From the NCBI GenBank assembly GCA_038087875.1, contig CM075988.1:2976001-3040000 (forward strand): a stretch of 64,000 bases of DNA, given 5' to 3'. The stretch is from Malacoraja senta. Lineage: Eukaryota. The notes under the pieces are model-generated. The model made no database searches. It was not told the origin of the DNA and was given only the letters and a program-made list of their open reading frames with translations. The position numbers and the translations under genes were made by a program. This document shows, in pieces, positions 15,001-30,000 of this stretch; the stretch's first letter is position 1, and the number at the start of each line of letters is the position of its first letter.

Positions 15001-18000
15001 AAATTCAGCACGCAAAAAGCAACAAAAGTTCAGCACGGGAAAAGTGATGAAAATTCACAACGCGAAAAGCGAAGAAATTTCAAGACATGAAATGTGACAA
15101 AAATTCAGGATACAAAAAGTGATGACATTTCAGGACGTGAAAAGCAACGGAATTTCAGCACACGAAAAGCTACGAAAATTTAGCCTGCGAAAAGCAATGA
15201 GAATTCAGCACGCAAAAAGCGACAAATGTTCAGCACAGGAAAAGTGATGAAAATTCAGGACGCTAAAAGTGAAGAAATTTTAAGACGTGAAATGTGACAA
15301 AAATTTAGGATACAAAAAGTGATGACATTTCAGGACGTGAAAAGCAACGAAATTTCAGCACACGAAAAGCTACGAAAATTCAGCCTGCGAAAAGCGATGA
15401 AAATTCAGCACGCAAAAAGTGACGAACCTTCAGGACGCGAAAATCAACGAAAATTTAGTAGGCAAAAAGCAATGAAAATTCAGCATGCGAAAAGCGACAA
15501 AAGTTCTGCACAGGAAAAGCGATGAAAATTTAGGACGCGAAAAGCGAAGAAATTTCAAGATGTGAAATGTGACAAAAATTCAGGATACAAAAAGTGATGA
15601 AATTTCAGGACGCAAAAAACTACGAAAAGTCAGCACGCGAAAAGTGATGAAATTTCAGCATGCGAAAAGCAATGAAAATTCAACACGTAAAGCGACAAAA
15701 GTTCAGCACATGAAAAGTGATGAAAATTGAGGAAGCGAAAAGCGAAGAAATTTCAAGACGTGAAATGTGACAAAAATTCAGGATGCAAAATGTGATGAAA
15801 TTTCAGGACGTGAAATGTGACAAAAATTTAGGATGCAAAAAGCAATTAAATTTCAGGATGTAAAAAGCTACAACATTTCAGCTCATGAAAAGCGACGAAA
15901 ATCAACACACGAAAAGCGACGTAAATTCAGGACGCGAAAGGCGACACAACTTCAGGACGCATAAAGCGACACAATGTCAGGATGTGAAAAGCAACGAAAT
16001 TTCAGCACACGAAAAGCTAAGAAAATTCAGCACATGAAAAGCGACGAATATTCAAAACGCCAAAAGCTATGTAAATGCAGGATACAAAAAGAGACAAAAT
16101 TTCAGGACAAGTAAAGCGACGAAATTTGAGGACGAGAAAAGCGACGAAACTTCAGGACGCATAAAGCGACGAAATTTCAGGACGTGAAAAGCGACGAAAT
16201 TTCAGCACATGAAAAGTGACGAAAATTCAGCCTGTGAAAAGAGATGAAAATTCAGCATGCGAAAAGCGACGAAAATTCAGCACATGAAACGCGACTAAAT
16301 TTCAGGACGAGGAAAGCGACGAAATTTCAGGATGCATAAAGCGACGAAAATTCAGGACGCGAAAGGCGACGAAAATTCAAAACGCCAAAAGCTATGTAAA
16401 TTCAGGATGCAAAAAGCGACGAAATTTCATGACGCAAAAAGCGCCGAAACTTCAGGACGCAATATGCGACGGAATTTCAGGACGTGAAAAGCGATGAAAT
16501 TTCAGCACATGAAAAGCAACGAAAATTCAGCCTGTGAAAAGCAATGAAAATTCAGCATGCGAAAAGCGACGAAATTTAGAATGTGATACATGATGAAATT
16601 TCAGCACAGGAAAAGTGAGGAAAATTCAGCATGCAAAAAACAACTAAAATTCAGCTCGCAAAAAGCGACGAAAATTCACGACGACGAAATTTCAGCACAT
16701 GAAAAGCAACGAAAATACAGACTGTGAAAAGCAATGAAAATTCAGCACGCGAAAAGAGACGAAAATTCAGCACATGAAAAGTGACGAACCTTCAGGATGC
16801 GAAAAGCGACGAAAATTCAGGACGCTAAAAGCGACGAAAATTCAGGACGTGAAATGCTGCAAAAATTCAGGATGCGAAAATCGACAATTTTAGCACACGA
16901 AAAGTGACGAAAATTCAGCACATGAAAAGTGACGAATATTCAGGACGAAAGAAACGAAATTTTTTTTAAAAATGCCAAAAGCGACATAAATTCAGGACGC
17001 GAAAAGCGACAAAATTTCACGATGAGAAAAAGAACAAAAATTCAGGACGCACAAAGTGACGAAATTTCAAAACATGAAAAGTGACGGAAATTCTGCACAC
17101 GAAAAGCAACGAAAATTCAGCACGCGAAAGGCGACGAAATTTCAGGATGCGAAAAGCGACGAAAATTCAGGACATGAAACGCAACGAAAATTCAGCACGA
17201 AAAAAGCAACGAAAATTCAGCACGTAAAACGCGACGAAAATGGACGAAAGTTCAGCATGCGAAAAGTGATGACAATTCAGCACGTGAAAAGCCACGAAAA
17301 TTCAGCTCGTGAAAAGCGATGAAAATTCAGCACATGAAAAGCGACGAAAATTGTGGACGAGAAAAGCAACGAAAATTCAGGACGCGAAAAGCGACGAAAA
17401 TTCAGCAGGCGAAAAGTGACAAAAATTCATGACACGAAAAGTAACAAGAATTCAGGACACGAAAAGCAACGAAAATTCAAAACGTGAAAGGCGACGAAAA
17501 TTCAACATGCGAAAAGATATGAAAATTCAGCACGCGAAAAGTGAGAAAAAGCAATGAAATTTCAGGACGCAAAATGCAACAAAATTTCAGGACGCGAAAA
17601 GCGACGAAAATACAGCCTGTGAAAAGCGATGAAAGTTCAGCATGTGAAAAGCGACAAAAATTCAGCACATGAAAAGTGATGAAATTCAGGACGCAATAGG
17701 CGACAAAAATTCAAAATGCCAAATGCGACAAAAATTCAGGACACGGAATGCAACGAAAATTCATCACGCGAGAAGCGACGAACCTTAAGGACGTGAAAGT
17801 CGATGAAAATTCAGCACATGAAAAGCGACGAACCTTCAGGACGTGAAAAGTGATGAAAATACAGCACGCGAAAAGCGACAAAAATTCAGCACATGAAATG
17901 TGACAAAATTACAGGACGCGAAAAGCGACGAAATTTCAGCACATGAAAAAGGAAGAAAAGTCAGCACGTGAGAAGCGATGAAATTTCAGGACGCGAAAAT

Positions 18001-21000
18001 CGACGATATTTCAGCACATGAATAGCACCAAAAATTCAGCACACAAAAAGCAACGGAAATTAAGCACACAAAAGGCAACGAAAATTCAGCATGCGAAAAG
18101 CGACGAAAATTCAGCACACGAAAAGTGATCAAAATTCAGGACAGGAAAAGTGACGAAAAAATTTTAAAAGCCAAAAGCGACGTAAATTCGGGACGCGAAA
18201 AGTGACGAATTCAAAGGACGCATAAAGCGCCGAAATTTCAGGATGTGAAAATTCAGGATACAAAAAGTGATGAAGTTTCTGGACGTGAAAAGCAACGAAA
18301 TTTCAGCACACGAAAAGCTACGAAAATTCAGCACGCGAAAAGCAATGAAAATTCAGCACGCGAAAAGCGACAAAAGTTCAGCACAGGAAAAGTGATGAAA
18401 ATTCAGGACGCAAAAAGCGAAGAAATTTCAAGACGTGAAATGTGACAAAAATTCGGGATACAAAAAGCGATGAAATTTCAGGACGTGAAAAGCAACGAAA
18501 TTTCAGCACACGAAAAGTTACGAAAATTTAGCCTGCGAAAAGCAATGAAAATTCAGCACGCAAAAAGCGACAAAAGTTCAGCACAGGAAAAGTGATGAAA
18601 ATTCAGGACGCGAAAAGCGAAGAAATTTCAAGACGTGAAATGTGACAAAAATTCAGGATACAAAAAGTGATGAAATTTCAGGACGTGAAAAGCAACGAAA
18701 TTTCAGCACACGAAAAGCTACGAAAATTTAGCCTGCGGAAAGCAATGAGAATTCAGCACGCAAAAAGCGACAAATGTTCAGCACAGGAAAAGTGATGAAA
18801 ATTCAGGACGCGAAAAGCGACAAAATTTTAAGACGTGAAATGTGACAAAAATTTAGGATACAAAAAGTGATGACATTTCAGGACGTGAAAAGCAACGAAA
18901 TTTCAGCACACGAAAAGCGATGAAAATTCAGCACGCAAAAAGTGACGAACCTTTAGGACGCGAAAATCAACGAAAATTTAGTAGGCGAAAAGCAATGAAA
19001 ATTCAGCACGCGAAAAGCGACAAAAGTTCAGCACAGGAAAAGCGATGAAAATTCAGGCCGCGAAAAGCGAAGAAATTTCAAGATGTGAAATGTGACAAAA
19101 ATTCAGGATACAAAAAGTGATGAAATTTCAGGACGCAAAAAACTACGAAAAGTCAGCACGCGAAAAGTGATGAAATTTCAGCATGCGAAAAGCAATGAAA
19201 ATTCAATGCGTAAAGCGACAAAAGTTCAGCACAGGAAAAGTGATGAAAATTCAGGACGCGAAAAGCGAAGAAATTTCAAGACGTGAAATGTGACAAAAAT
19301 TCAGGATGCAAAAAGTGATGAATTTTCAGGACGTGAAATGTGACAAAAATTTAGGATGCAAAAAGCAATTAAATTTCAGGATGTAAAAAGCTACAACATT
19401 TCAGCTCATGAAAAGCGACGAAAATCAACACACCAAAAGCGACGTAAATTCAGGACGCGAAAGGCGACAAAACTTCAGGACGCATAAAGCGACACAATGT
19501 CAGGATGTGAAAAGCAACGAAATTTCAGCACACGAAAAGCTAAGAAAATTCAGCACATGAAAAGCGACGAATATTCATAACGCCAAAAGCTATGTAAATT
19601 CAGGATACAAAAAGAGACAAAATTTCAGGACAAGTAAAGCGACGAAATTTCAGGACGAGAAAAGCGACGAAACTTCAGGACGCATAAAGCGACGAAATTT
19701 CAGGACGTGAAAAGCAACGAAATTTCAGCACACGAAAAGCTATGAAAATTCAGCCTGCGAAAAGCGATGAAAATTCAGCACGCAAAAAGTGACGAACCTT
19801 CAGGACGTGAAAATCAACGAAAATTTAGTATGCGATAAGCAATGAAAATTCAGCACGCGAAAAGCGACAAAAGTTCAGCACAGGAAAAGCGATGAAAATT
19901 CAGGCCACGAAAAGCGAAGAAATTTCAAGATGTGAAATGTGACAAAAATTCAGGATACAAAAAGTGATGAAATTTCAAGACGTGAAAAGCAACGAAATTT
20001 CAGCACACGAAAAGCTACGAAAATTTAGCCTGCGAAAAGCGATGAAAATACAGCACGCGAAAAGCGACAAATTTCAGCACATGAAAAGTGACGAAAATTC
20101 AGCCTGTGAAAAGAGATGAAAATTCAGCACGCGAAAAGCGACGAAATTTCAGGATGCGAAAAGCGACGAAAATTCAGGACATGAAACGCAACGAAAATTC
20201 AGCACGAAAAAAGCAACGAAAATTCAGCACGTAAAACGCGACAAAAATTCAGCATGCGAAACGCGACGAAAACTGATGAAATTTCAGCACACGAAAAGCG
20301 ACTAAATTACAGCACAGGAAACGTGACAAATTCAGCTTTTCGTAAAGTGACGAAAATTCTGCACACGAAAAGCGAGGAACATTCAGGACGCGAAGTTCAA
20401 TTAAAATTCAGCACGAAAATGGACGAAAGTTCAGCATGCGAAAAGTGATGACAATTCAGCACGTGAAAAGCCACGAAAATTCAGCTCGTGAAAAGCGATG
20501 AAAATTCAGCACATGAAAAGCGACGAAAATTGTGGACGAGAAAAGCAACGAAAATTCAGGACGCGAACAGCGACGAAAATTCAGCAGGCGAAAAGTGACA
20601 AAAATTCATGACACGAAAAGTAACAAGAATTCAGGACACGAAAAGCGACGAAAATTCAAAACGTGAAAGGCGATGAAAATTCAACATGCGAAAAGATATG
20701 AAAATTCAGCACGCGAAAAGTGAGAAAAAACAATGAAATTTCAGGACGCAAAATGCAACAAAATTTCAGGACGCGAAAAGCGACGAAAATACAGCCTGTG
20801 AAAAGCGATGAAAGTTCAGCATGTGAAAAGCGACAAAAATTCAGCACATGAAAAGTGATGAAATTCAGGACGCAATAGGCGACAAAAATTCAAAATGCCA
20901 AATGCGACAAAAATTCAGGACACGGAATGCAACGAAAATTCATCACGCGAGAAGCGACGAACCTTAAGGACGTGAAAGTCGATGAAAATTCAGCACATGA

Positions 21001-24000
21001 AAAGCGACGAACCTTCAGGACGTGAAAAGTGATGAAAATACAGCACGCGAAAAGCGACAAAAATTCAGCACATGAAATGTGACAAAATTACAGGACGCGA
21101 AAAGCGACGAAATTTCAGCACATGAAAAAGGAAGAAAAGTCAGCACGTGAGAAGCGATGAAATTTCAGGACGCGAAAATCGACGATATTTCAGCACATGA
21201 ATAGCACCAAAAATCCAGCACACAAAAAGCAACGGAAATTAAGCACACAAAAGGCAACGAAAATTCAGCATGCGAAAAGCGACGAAAATTCAGCACACGA
21301 AAAGTGATCAAAATTCAGGACAGGAAAGGTGACGAAAAAATTTTAAAAGCCAAAAGCGACGTAAATTCGGGACGCGAAAAGTGACGAATTCAAAGGACGC
21401 ATAAAGCGCCGAAATTTCAGGATGTGAAAATTCAGGATACAAAAAGTGATGAAGTTTCTGGACGTGAAAAGCAACGAAATTTCAGCACACGAAAAGCTAC
21501 GAAAATTCAGCACGCGAAAAGCTATGAAAATTCAGCACGCGAAAACCGACAAAAGTTCAGCACAGGAAAAGTGATGAAAATTCAGGACGCAAAAAGCGAA
21601 GAAATTTCAAGACGTGAAATGTGACAAAAATTCGGGATACAAAAAGTGATGAAATTTCAGGACGTGAAAAGCAACGAAATTTCAGCACACGAAAAGTTAC
21701 GAAAATTTAGCCTGCGAAAAGCAATGAAAATTCAGCACGCAAAAAGCGACAAAAGTTCAGCACAGGAAAAGTGATGAAAATTCAGGACGCGAAAAGCGAA
21801 GAAATTTCAAGACGTGAAATGTGACAAAAATTCAGGATACAAAAAGTGATGAAATTTCAGGACGTGAAAAGCAACGAAATTTCAGCACACGAAAAGCTAC
21901 GAAAATTTAGCCTGCGGAAAGCAATGAGAATTCAGCACGCAAAAAGCGACAAATGTTCAGCACAGGAAAAGTGATGAAAATTCAGGACGCGAAAAGCGAC
22001 AAAATTTTAAGACGTGAAATGTGACAAAAATTTAGGATACAAAAAGTGATGACATTTCAGGACGTGAAAAGCAACGAAATTTCAGCACACGAAAAGCGAT
22101 GAAAATTCAGCACGCAAAAAGTGACGAACCTTTAGGACGCGAAAATCAACGAAAATTTAGTAGGCGAAAAGCAATGAAAATTCAGCACGCGAAAAGCGAC
22201 AAAAGTTCAGCACAGGAAAAGCGATGAAAATTCAGGCCGCGAAAAGCGAAGAAATTTCAAGATGTGAAATGTGACAAAAATTCAGGATACAAAAAGTGAT
22301 GAAATTTCAGGACGCAAAAAACTACGAAAAGTCAGCACGCGAAAAGTGATGAAATTTCAGCATGCGAAAAGCAATGAAAATTCAATGCGTAAAGCGACAA
22401 AAGTTCAGCACAGGAAAAGTGATGAAAATTCAGGACGCGAAAAGCGAAGAAATTTCAAGACGTGAAATGTGACAAAAATTCAGGATGCAAACAGTGATGA
22501 ATTTTCAGGACGTGAAATGTGACAAAAATTTAGGATGCAAAAAGCAATTAAATTTCAGGATGTAAAAAGCTACAACATTTCAGCTCATGAAAAGCGACGA
22601 AAATCAACACACCAAAAGCGACGTAAATTCAGGACGCGAAAGGCGACAAAACTTCAGGACGCATAAAGCGACACAATGTCAGGATGTGAAAAGCAACGAA
22701 ATTTCAGCACACGAAAAGCTAAGAAAATTCAGCACATGAAAAGCGACGAATATTCATAACGCCAAAAGCTATGTAAATTCAGGATACAAAAAGAGACAAA
22801 ATTTCAGGACAAGTAAAGCGACGAAATTTCAGGACGAGAAAAGCGACGAAACTTCAGGACGCATAAAGCGACGAAATTTCAGGACGTGAAAAGCAACGAA
22901 ATTTCAGCACACGAAAAGCTATGAAAATTCAGCCTGCGAAAAGCGATGAAAATTCAGCACGCAAAAAGTGACGAACCTTCAGGACGCGAAAATCAACGAA
23001 AATTTAGTATGCGATAAGCAATGAAAATTCAGCACGCGAAAAGCGACAAAAGTTCAGCACAGGAAAAGCGATGAAAATTCAGGCCACGAAAAGCGATGAA
23101 ATTTCAAGATGTGAAATGTGACAAAAATTCAGGATACAAAAAGTGATGAAATTTCAAGACGTGAAAAGCAACGAAATTTCAGCACACGAAAAGCTACGAA
23201 AATTTAGCCTGCGAAAAGCGATGAAAATACAGCACGCGAAAAGCGACAAATTTCAGCACATGAAAAGTGACGAAAATTCAGCCTGTGAAAAGAGATGAAA
23301 ATTCAGCACGCGAAAAGCGACGAAATTTCAGGATGCGAAAAGCGACGAAAATTCAGGACATGAAACGCAACGAAAATTCAGCACGAAAAAAGCAACGAAA
23401 ATTCAGCACGTAAAACGCGACAAAAATTCAGCATGCGAAACGCGACGAAAACTGATGAAATTTCAGCACACGAAAAGCGACTAAATTACAGCACAGGAAA
23501 CGTGACAAATTCAGCTTTTCGTAAAGTGACGAAAATTCTGCACACGAAAAGCGAGGAACATTCAGGACGCGAAGTGCAATTAAAATTCAGCACGAAAATG
23601 GACGAAAGTTCAGCATGCGAAAAGTGATGACAATTCAGCACGTGAAAAGCCACGAAAATTCAGCTCGTGAAAAGCGATGAAAATTCAGCACATGAAAAGC
23701 GACGAAAATTGTGGACGAGAAAAGCAACAAAAATTCAGGATACAAAAAGTGATGAAATTTCAAGACGTGAAAAGCAACGAAATTTCAGCACACGAAAAGC
23801 TACGAAAATTTAGCCTGCGAAAAGCGATGAAAATACAGCACGCGAAAAGCGACAAATTTCAGCACATGAAAAGTGACGAAAATTCAGCCTGTGAAAAGAG
23901 ATGAAAATTCAGCACGCGAAAAGCGACGAAATTTCAGGATGCGAAAAGCGACGAAAATTCAGGACATGAAACGCAACGAAAATTCAGCACGAAAAAAGCA

Positions 24001-27000
24001 ACGAAAATTCAGCACGTAAAACGCGACAAAAATTCAGCATGCGAAACGCGACGAAAACTGATGAAATTTCAGCACACGAAAAGCGACTAAATTACAGCAC
24101 AGGAAACGTGACAAATTCAGCTTTTCGTAAAGTGACGAAAATTCTGCACACGAAAAGCGAGGAACATTCAGGACGCGAAGTGCAATTAAAATTCAGCACG
24201 AAAATGGACGAAAGTTCAGCATGCGAAAAGTGATGACAATTCAGCACGTGAAAAGCCACGAAAATTCAGCTCGTGAAAAGCGATGAAAATTCAGCACATG
24301 AAAAGCGACGAAAATTGTGGACGAGAAAAGCAACGAAAATTCAGGACGCGAACAGCGACGAAAATTCAGCAGGCGAAAAGTTACAAAAATTCATGACACG
24401 AAAAGTAACAAGAATTCAGGACACGAAAAGCGACGAAAATTCAAAACGTGAAAGGCGATGAAAATTCAACATGCGAAAAGATATGAAAATTCAGCACGCG
24501 AAAAGTGAGAAAAAGCAATGAAATTTCAGGACGCAAAATGCAACAAAATTTCAGGACGCGAAAAGCGACGAAAATACAGCCTGTGAAAAGCGATGAAAGT
24601 TCAGCATGTGAAAAGCGACAAAAATTCAGCACATGAAAAGTGATGAAATTCAGGACGCAATAGGCGACAAAAATTCAAAATGCCAAATGCGACAAAAATT
24701 CAGGACACGGAATGCAACGAAAATTCATCACGCGAGAAGCGACGAACCTTAAGGACGTGAAAGTCGATGAAAATTCAGCACATGAAAAGCGACGAACCTT
24801 CAGGACGTGAAAAGTGATGAAAATACAGCACGCGAAAAGCGACAAAAATTCAGCACATGAAATGTGACAAAATTACAGGACGCGAAAAGCGACGAAATTT
24901 CAGCACATGAAAAAGGAAGAAAAGTCAGCACGTGAGAAGCGATGAAATTTCAGGATGCGAAAATCGACGATATTTCAGCACATGAATAGCACCAAAAATC
25001 CAGCACACAAAAAGCAACGGAAATTAAGCACACAAAAGGCAACGAAAATTCAGCATGCGAAAAGCGACGAAAATTCAGCACACGAAAAGTGATCAAAATT
25101 CAGGACAGGAAAGGTGACGAAAAAATTTTAAAAGCCAAAAGCGACGTAAATTCGGGACGCGAAAAGTGACGAATTCAAAGGATGCATAAAGCGCCGAAAT
25201 TTCAGGATGTGAAAATTCAGGATACAAAAAGTGATGAAGTTTCTGGACGTGAAAAGCAACGAAATTTCAGCACACGAAAAGCTACGAAAATTCAGCACGC
25301 GAAAAGCAATGAAAATTCAGCACGCGAAAAGCGACAAAAGTTCAGCACAGGAAAAGTGATGAAAATTCAGGACGCAAAAAGCGAAGAAATTTCAAGACGT
25401 GAAATGTGACAAAAATTCGGGATACAAAAAGTGATGAAATTTCAGGACGTGAAAAGCAACGAAATTTCAGCACACGAAAAGTTACGAAAATTTAGCCTGC
25501 GAAAAGCAATGAAAATTCAGCACGCAAAAAGCGACAAAAGTTCAGCAGAGGAAAAGTGATGAAAATTCAGGACGCGAAAAGCGAAGAAATTTCAAGACGT
25601 GAAATGTGACAAAAATTCAGGATACAAAAAGTGATGAAATTTCAGGACGTGAAAAGCAACGAAATTTCAGCACACGAAAAGCTACGAAAATTTAGCCTGC
25701 GGAAAGCAATGAGAATTCAGCACGCAAAAAGCGACAAATGTTCAGCACAGGAAAAGTGATGAAAATTCAGGACGCGAAAAGCGACAAAATTTTAAGACGT
25801 GAAATGTGACAAAAATTTAGGATACAAAAAGTGATGACATTTCAGGACGTGAAAAGCAACGAAATTTCAGCACACGAAAAGCGATGAAAATTCAGCACGC
25901 AAAAAGTGACGAACCTTTAGGACGCGAAAATCAACGAAAATTTAGTAGGCGAAAAGCAATGAAAATTCAGCACGCGAAAAGCGACAAAAGTTCAGCACAG
26001 GAAAAGCGATGAAAATTCAGGCCGCGAAAAGCGAAGAAATTTCAAGATGTGAAATGTGACAAAAATTCAGGATACAAAAAGTGATGAAATTTCAGGACGC
26101 AAAAAACTACGAAAAGTCAGCACGTGAAAAGTGATGAAATTTCAGCATGCGAAAAGCAATGAAAATTCAACGCGTAAAGCGACAAAAGTTCAGCACAGGA
26201 AAAGTGATGAAAATTCAGGATAAAAAAGTGATGAATTTTCAGGACGTGAAATGTGACAAAAATTTAGGATGCAAAAAGCAAGTAAATTTCAGGATGTAAA
26301 AAGCTACAACATTTCAGCTCATGAAAAGCGACGAAAATCAACACACCAAAAGCGACGTAAATTCAGGACGCGAAAGGCGACAAAACTTCAGGACGCATAA
26401 AGCGACACAATGTCAGGATGTGAAAAGCAACGAAATTTCAGCACACGAAAAGCTAAGAAAATTCAGCACATGAAAAGCGACGAATATTCATAACGCCAAA
26501 AGCTATGTAAATTCAGGATACAAAAAGAGACAAAATTTCAGGACAAGTAAAGCGACGAAATTTCAGGACGAGAAAAGCGACGAAACTTCAGGACGCATAA
26601 AGCGACGAAATTTCAGGACGTGAAAAGCAACGAAATTTCAGCACACGAAAAGCTATGAAAATTCAGCCTGCGAAAAGCGATGAAAATTCAGCACGCAAAA
26701 AGTGACGAACCTTCAGGACACGAAAATCAACGAAAATTTAGTATGCGATAAGCAATGAAAATTCAGCACGCGAAAAGCGACAAAAGTTCAGCACAGGAAA
26801 AGCGATGAAAATTCAGGCCGCGAAAAGCGAAGAAATTTCAAGATGTGAAATGTGACAAAAATTCAGGATACAAAAAGTGATGAAATTTCAAGACGTGAAA
26901 AGCAACGAAATTTCAGCACACGAAAAGCTACGAAAATTTAGCCTGCGAAAAGCGATGAAAATACAGCACGCGAAAAGTGACAAATTTCAGCACATGAAAA

Positions 27001-30000
27001 GTGACGAAAATTCAGCCTGTGAAAAGAGATGAAAATTCAGCACGCGAAAAGCGACGAAAATTCAGCACATGAAAAGCGACTAAATTTCAGGACGAGGAAA
27101 GCGACAAAATTTCAGGATGCATAAAGCGACGAAAATTCAGGGCGCGAAAGGCGACGAAAATTCAAAACGCCAAAAGCTATGTAAATTCAGGATGCAAAAA
27201 GCGATGAAATTTCATGACGCAAAAAGCGACGAAACTTCAGGACGCAATATGCGACGGAATTTCAGGACGTGAAAAGCGATGAAATTTCAGCACATGAAAA
27301 GCAACGTAAATTCAGCCTGTGAAAAGCAATGAAAATTCAGCACGCGAAAAGCGACGAAATTCAGAATGTGATACATGATGAAATTTCAGCACAGGAAAAG
27401 CGAGGAAAATTCAGCATGCAAAAAACAACTAAAATTCAGCTCGCAAATAGCGACGAAAATTCACGACGACGAAATTTCAGCACATGAAAAGCAACGAAAA
27501 TACAGCCTGTGAAAAGTGATGAAAATTCAACACGCGAAGAGACGAAAATTCAGCACACGAAAAGTGACGAACCTTCAGGATGCGAAAAGCGACGAAAATT
27601 CAGGACGCTAAAAGCGACGAAAATTCAGGACGTGAAATGCTGCAAAAATTCAGGATGCGAAAATCGACAATTTTAGCACACGAAAAGTGACGAAAATTCA
27701 GCACATGAAAAGTGACGAATATTCACGACGCAAGAAACGAAAAAAATTTAAAAATGCCAAAAGCGACATAAATTCAGGACGCGAAAAGCGACAAAATTTC
27801 ACGATGAGAAAATGGACAAAAATTCAGGACGCACAAAGCGACGAAAATTCAGGACATGAAATGCAACGAAAATTCAGCACGAAAAAAGCAACGAAAATTC
27901 AGCACGTGAAACGCGACAAAAATTCAGCATGCGAAACGCGACGAAAACTGATGAAATTTCAGCACACGAAAAGCGACTGAATTACAGCACAGGAAACGTA
28001 ACAAATTCAGCTTTTCGAAAAGCGACGAAAATTTTGCACACGAAAAGCGAGGAACATTCAGGACGCGGTGCAATTAAAATTCAGCACGAAAATGGACGAA
28101 AGTTCAGCATGCGAAAAGTGATGACAATTCAGCACGTGAAAAGCCACGTAAATTCAGCTCGTGAAAAGCGATGAAAATTCAGCACATGAAAAGCGACGAA
28201 AATTCTGGACGAGAAAAGCAATGAAAATTCAGGACGCGAAAAGCGACAAAAGTTCAGCACAGGAAAAGTGATGAAAATTCAGGACGCAAAAAGCGAAGAA
28301 ATTTCAAGACGTGAAATGTGACAAAAATTCGGGATACAAAAAGTGATGAAATTTCAGGACGTGAAAAGCAACTAAATTTCAGCACACGAAAAGTTACGAA
28401 AATTTAGCCTGCGAAAAGCAATGAAAATTCAGCACACAAAAAGCGACAAAAGTTCAGCACAGGAAAAGTGATGAAAATTCAGGACGCGAAAAGCGAAGAA
28501 ATTTCAAGACGTGAAATGTGACAAAAATTCAGGATACAAAAAGTGATGAAATTTCAGGACGTGAAAAGCAACGAAATTTCAGCACACGAAAAGCTACGAA
28601 AATTTAGCCTGCGAAAAGAAATGAAAATTCAGCACGCAAAAAGCGACAAAAGTTCAGCACGGGAAAAGTGATGAAAATTCACGACGCGAAAAGCGAAGAA
28701 ATTTCAAGACATGAAATGTGACAAAAATTCAGGATACAAAAAGTGATGAAATTTCAGGACGTGAAAAGCAACGAAATTTCAGCACACGAAAAGCTACGAA
28801 AATTTAGCCTGCGAAAAGCAATGAGAATTCAGCATGCAAAAAGCGACAATTGTTAAGCACAGGAAAAGTGATGAAAATTCAGGACGCGAAAAGTGAAGAA
28901 ATTTTAAGACGTGAAATGTGACAAAAATTTAGGATACAAAAAGTGATGACATTTCAGGACGTGAAAAGCAACGAAATTTCAGCACACGAAAAGTAACAAG
29001 AATTCAGGTCACAAAAAGCGACGAAAATTCAAAACGTGAAAGGCGACAAAAATTCAGGATATAAAAAGCTACAACATTTCAGCTCATGAAAAGCGACGAA
29101 AATCAGCAAACGAAAAGCGACGTAAATTCAGGACGCGAAAGGCGACAAAACTTCAGGACGCATAAAGCGACGCAATGTCAGGATGTGAAAAGCAACGAAA
29201 TTTCAGCACACGAAAAGCGAAGAAAATTCAGCACATGAAAAGCGACGAATATTCAAAACGCCAAAAGCTATGTAAATTCAGGATACAAAAAGAGAAAAAA
29301 TTTCAGGACAAGTAAAGCGACGAAATTTCAGGACGAGAAAAGCGACGAAACTTCTGGACGCATAAAGCGACGAAATTTCAGGATGTGAAAAGCAACGAAA
29401 TTTCAGCACATTAAAAGCTACGAAAATTTAGCCTGCGAAAAGAAATGAAAATTCAGCACGCAAAAAGCGACAAAAGATCAGCACGGGAAAAGCGAAGAAA
29501 TTTCAAGACATGAAATGTGACAAAAATTCAGGATACAAAAAGTGATGACATTTCAGGACGTGAAAAGCAACACAACTTCAGCACACGAAAAGCTACGAAA
29601 ATTTAGCCTGCGAAAAGCAATGAAAATTCAGCACGCAAAAAGCGACAAAAGTTCAGCACAGGAAAAGTGATGAAAATTCAGGACGCGAAAAGCGAAGAAA
29701 TTTTAAGACGTGAAATGTGACAAAAATTCAGCATACAAAAAGTGATGACATTTCAGGACGTGAAAAGCAACGAAAATTCACCCTGCGAAAAGCGATGAAA
29801 ATTCAGCATGCAAAAAGTGACGAACCTTCAGGACGCGAAAATCAACGAAAATTTAGTAGGCGAAAAGCAATGAAAATTCAGCACGCGAAAAGCGACAAAA
29901 GTTCAGCACAGGAAAAGCGATGAAAATTCAGGACGCGAAAAGCGAAGAAATTTCAAGATGTGAAATGTGACAAAAATTCAGGATGCAAAAAGTGATGAAA

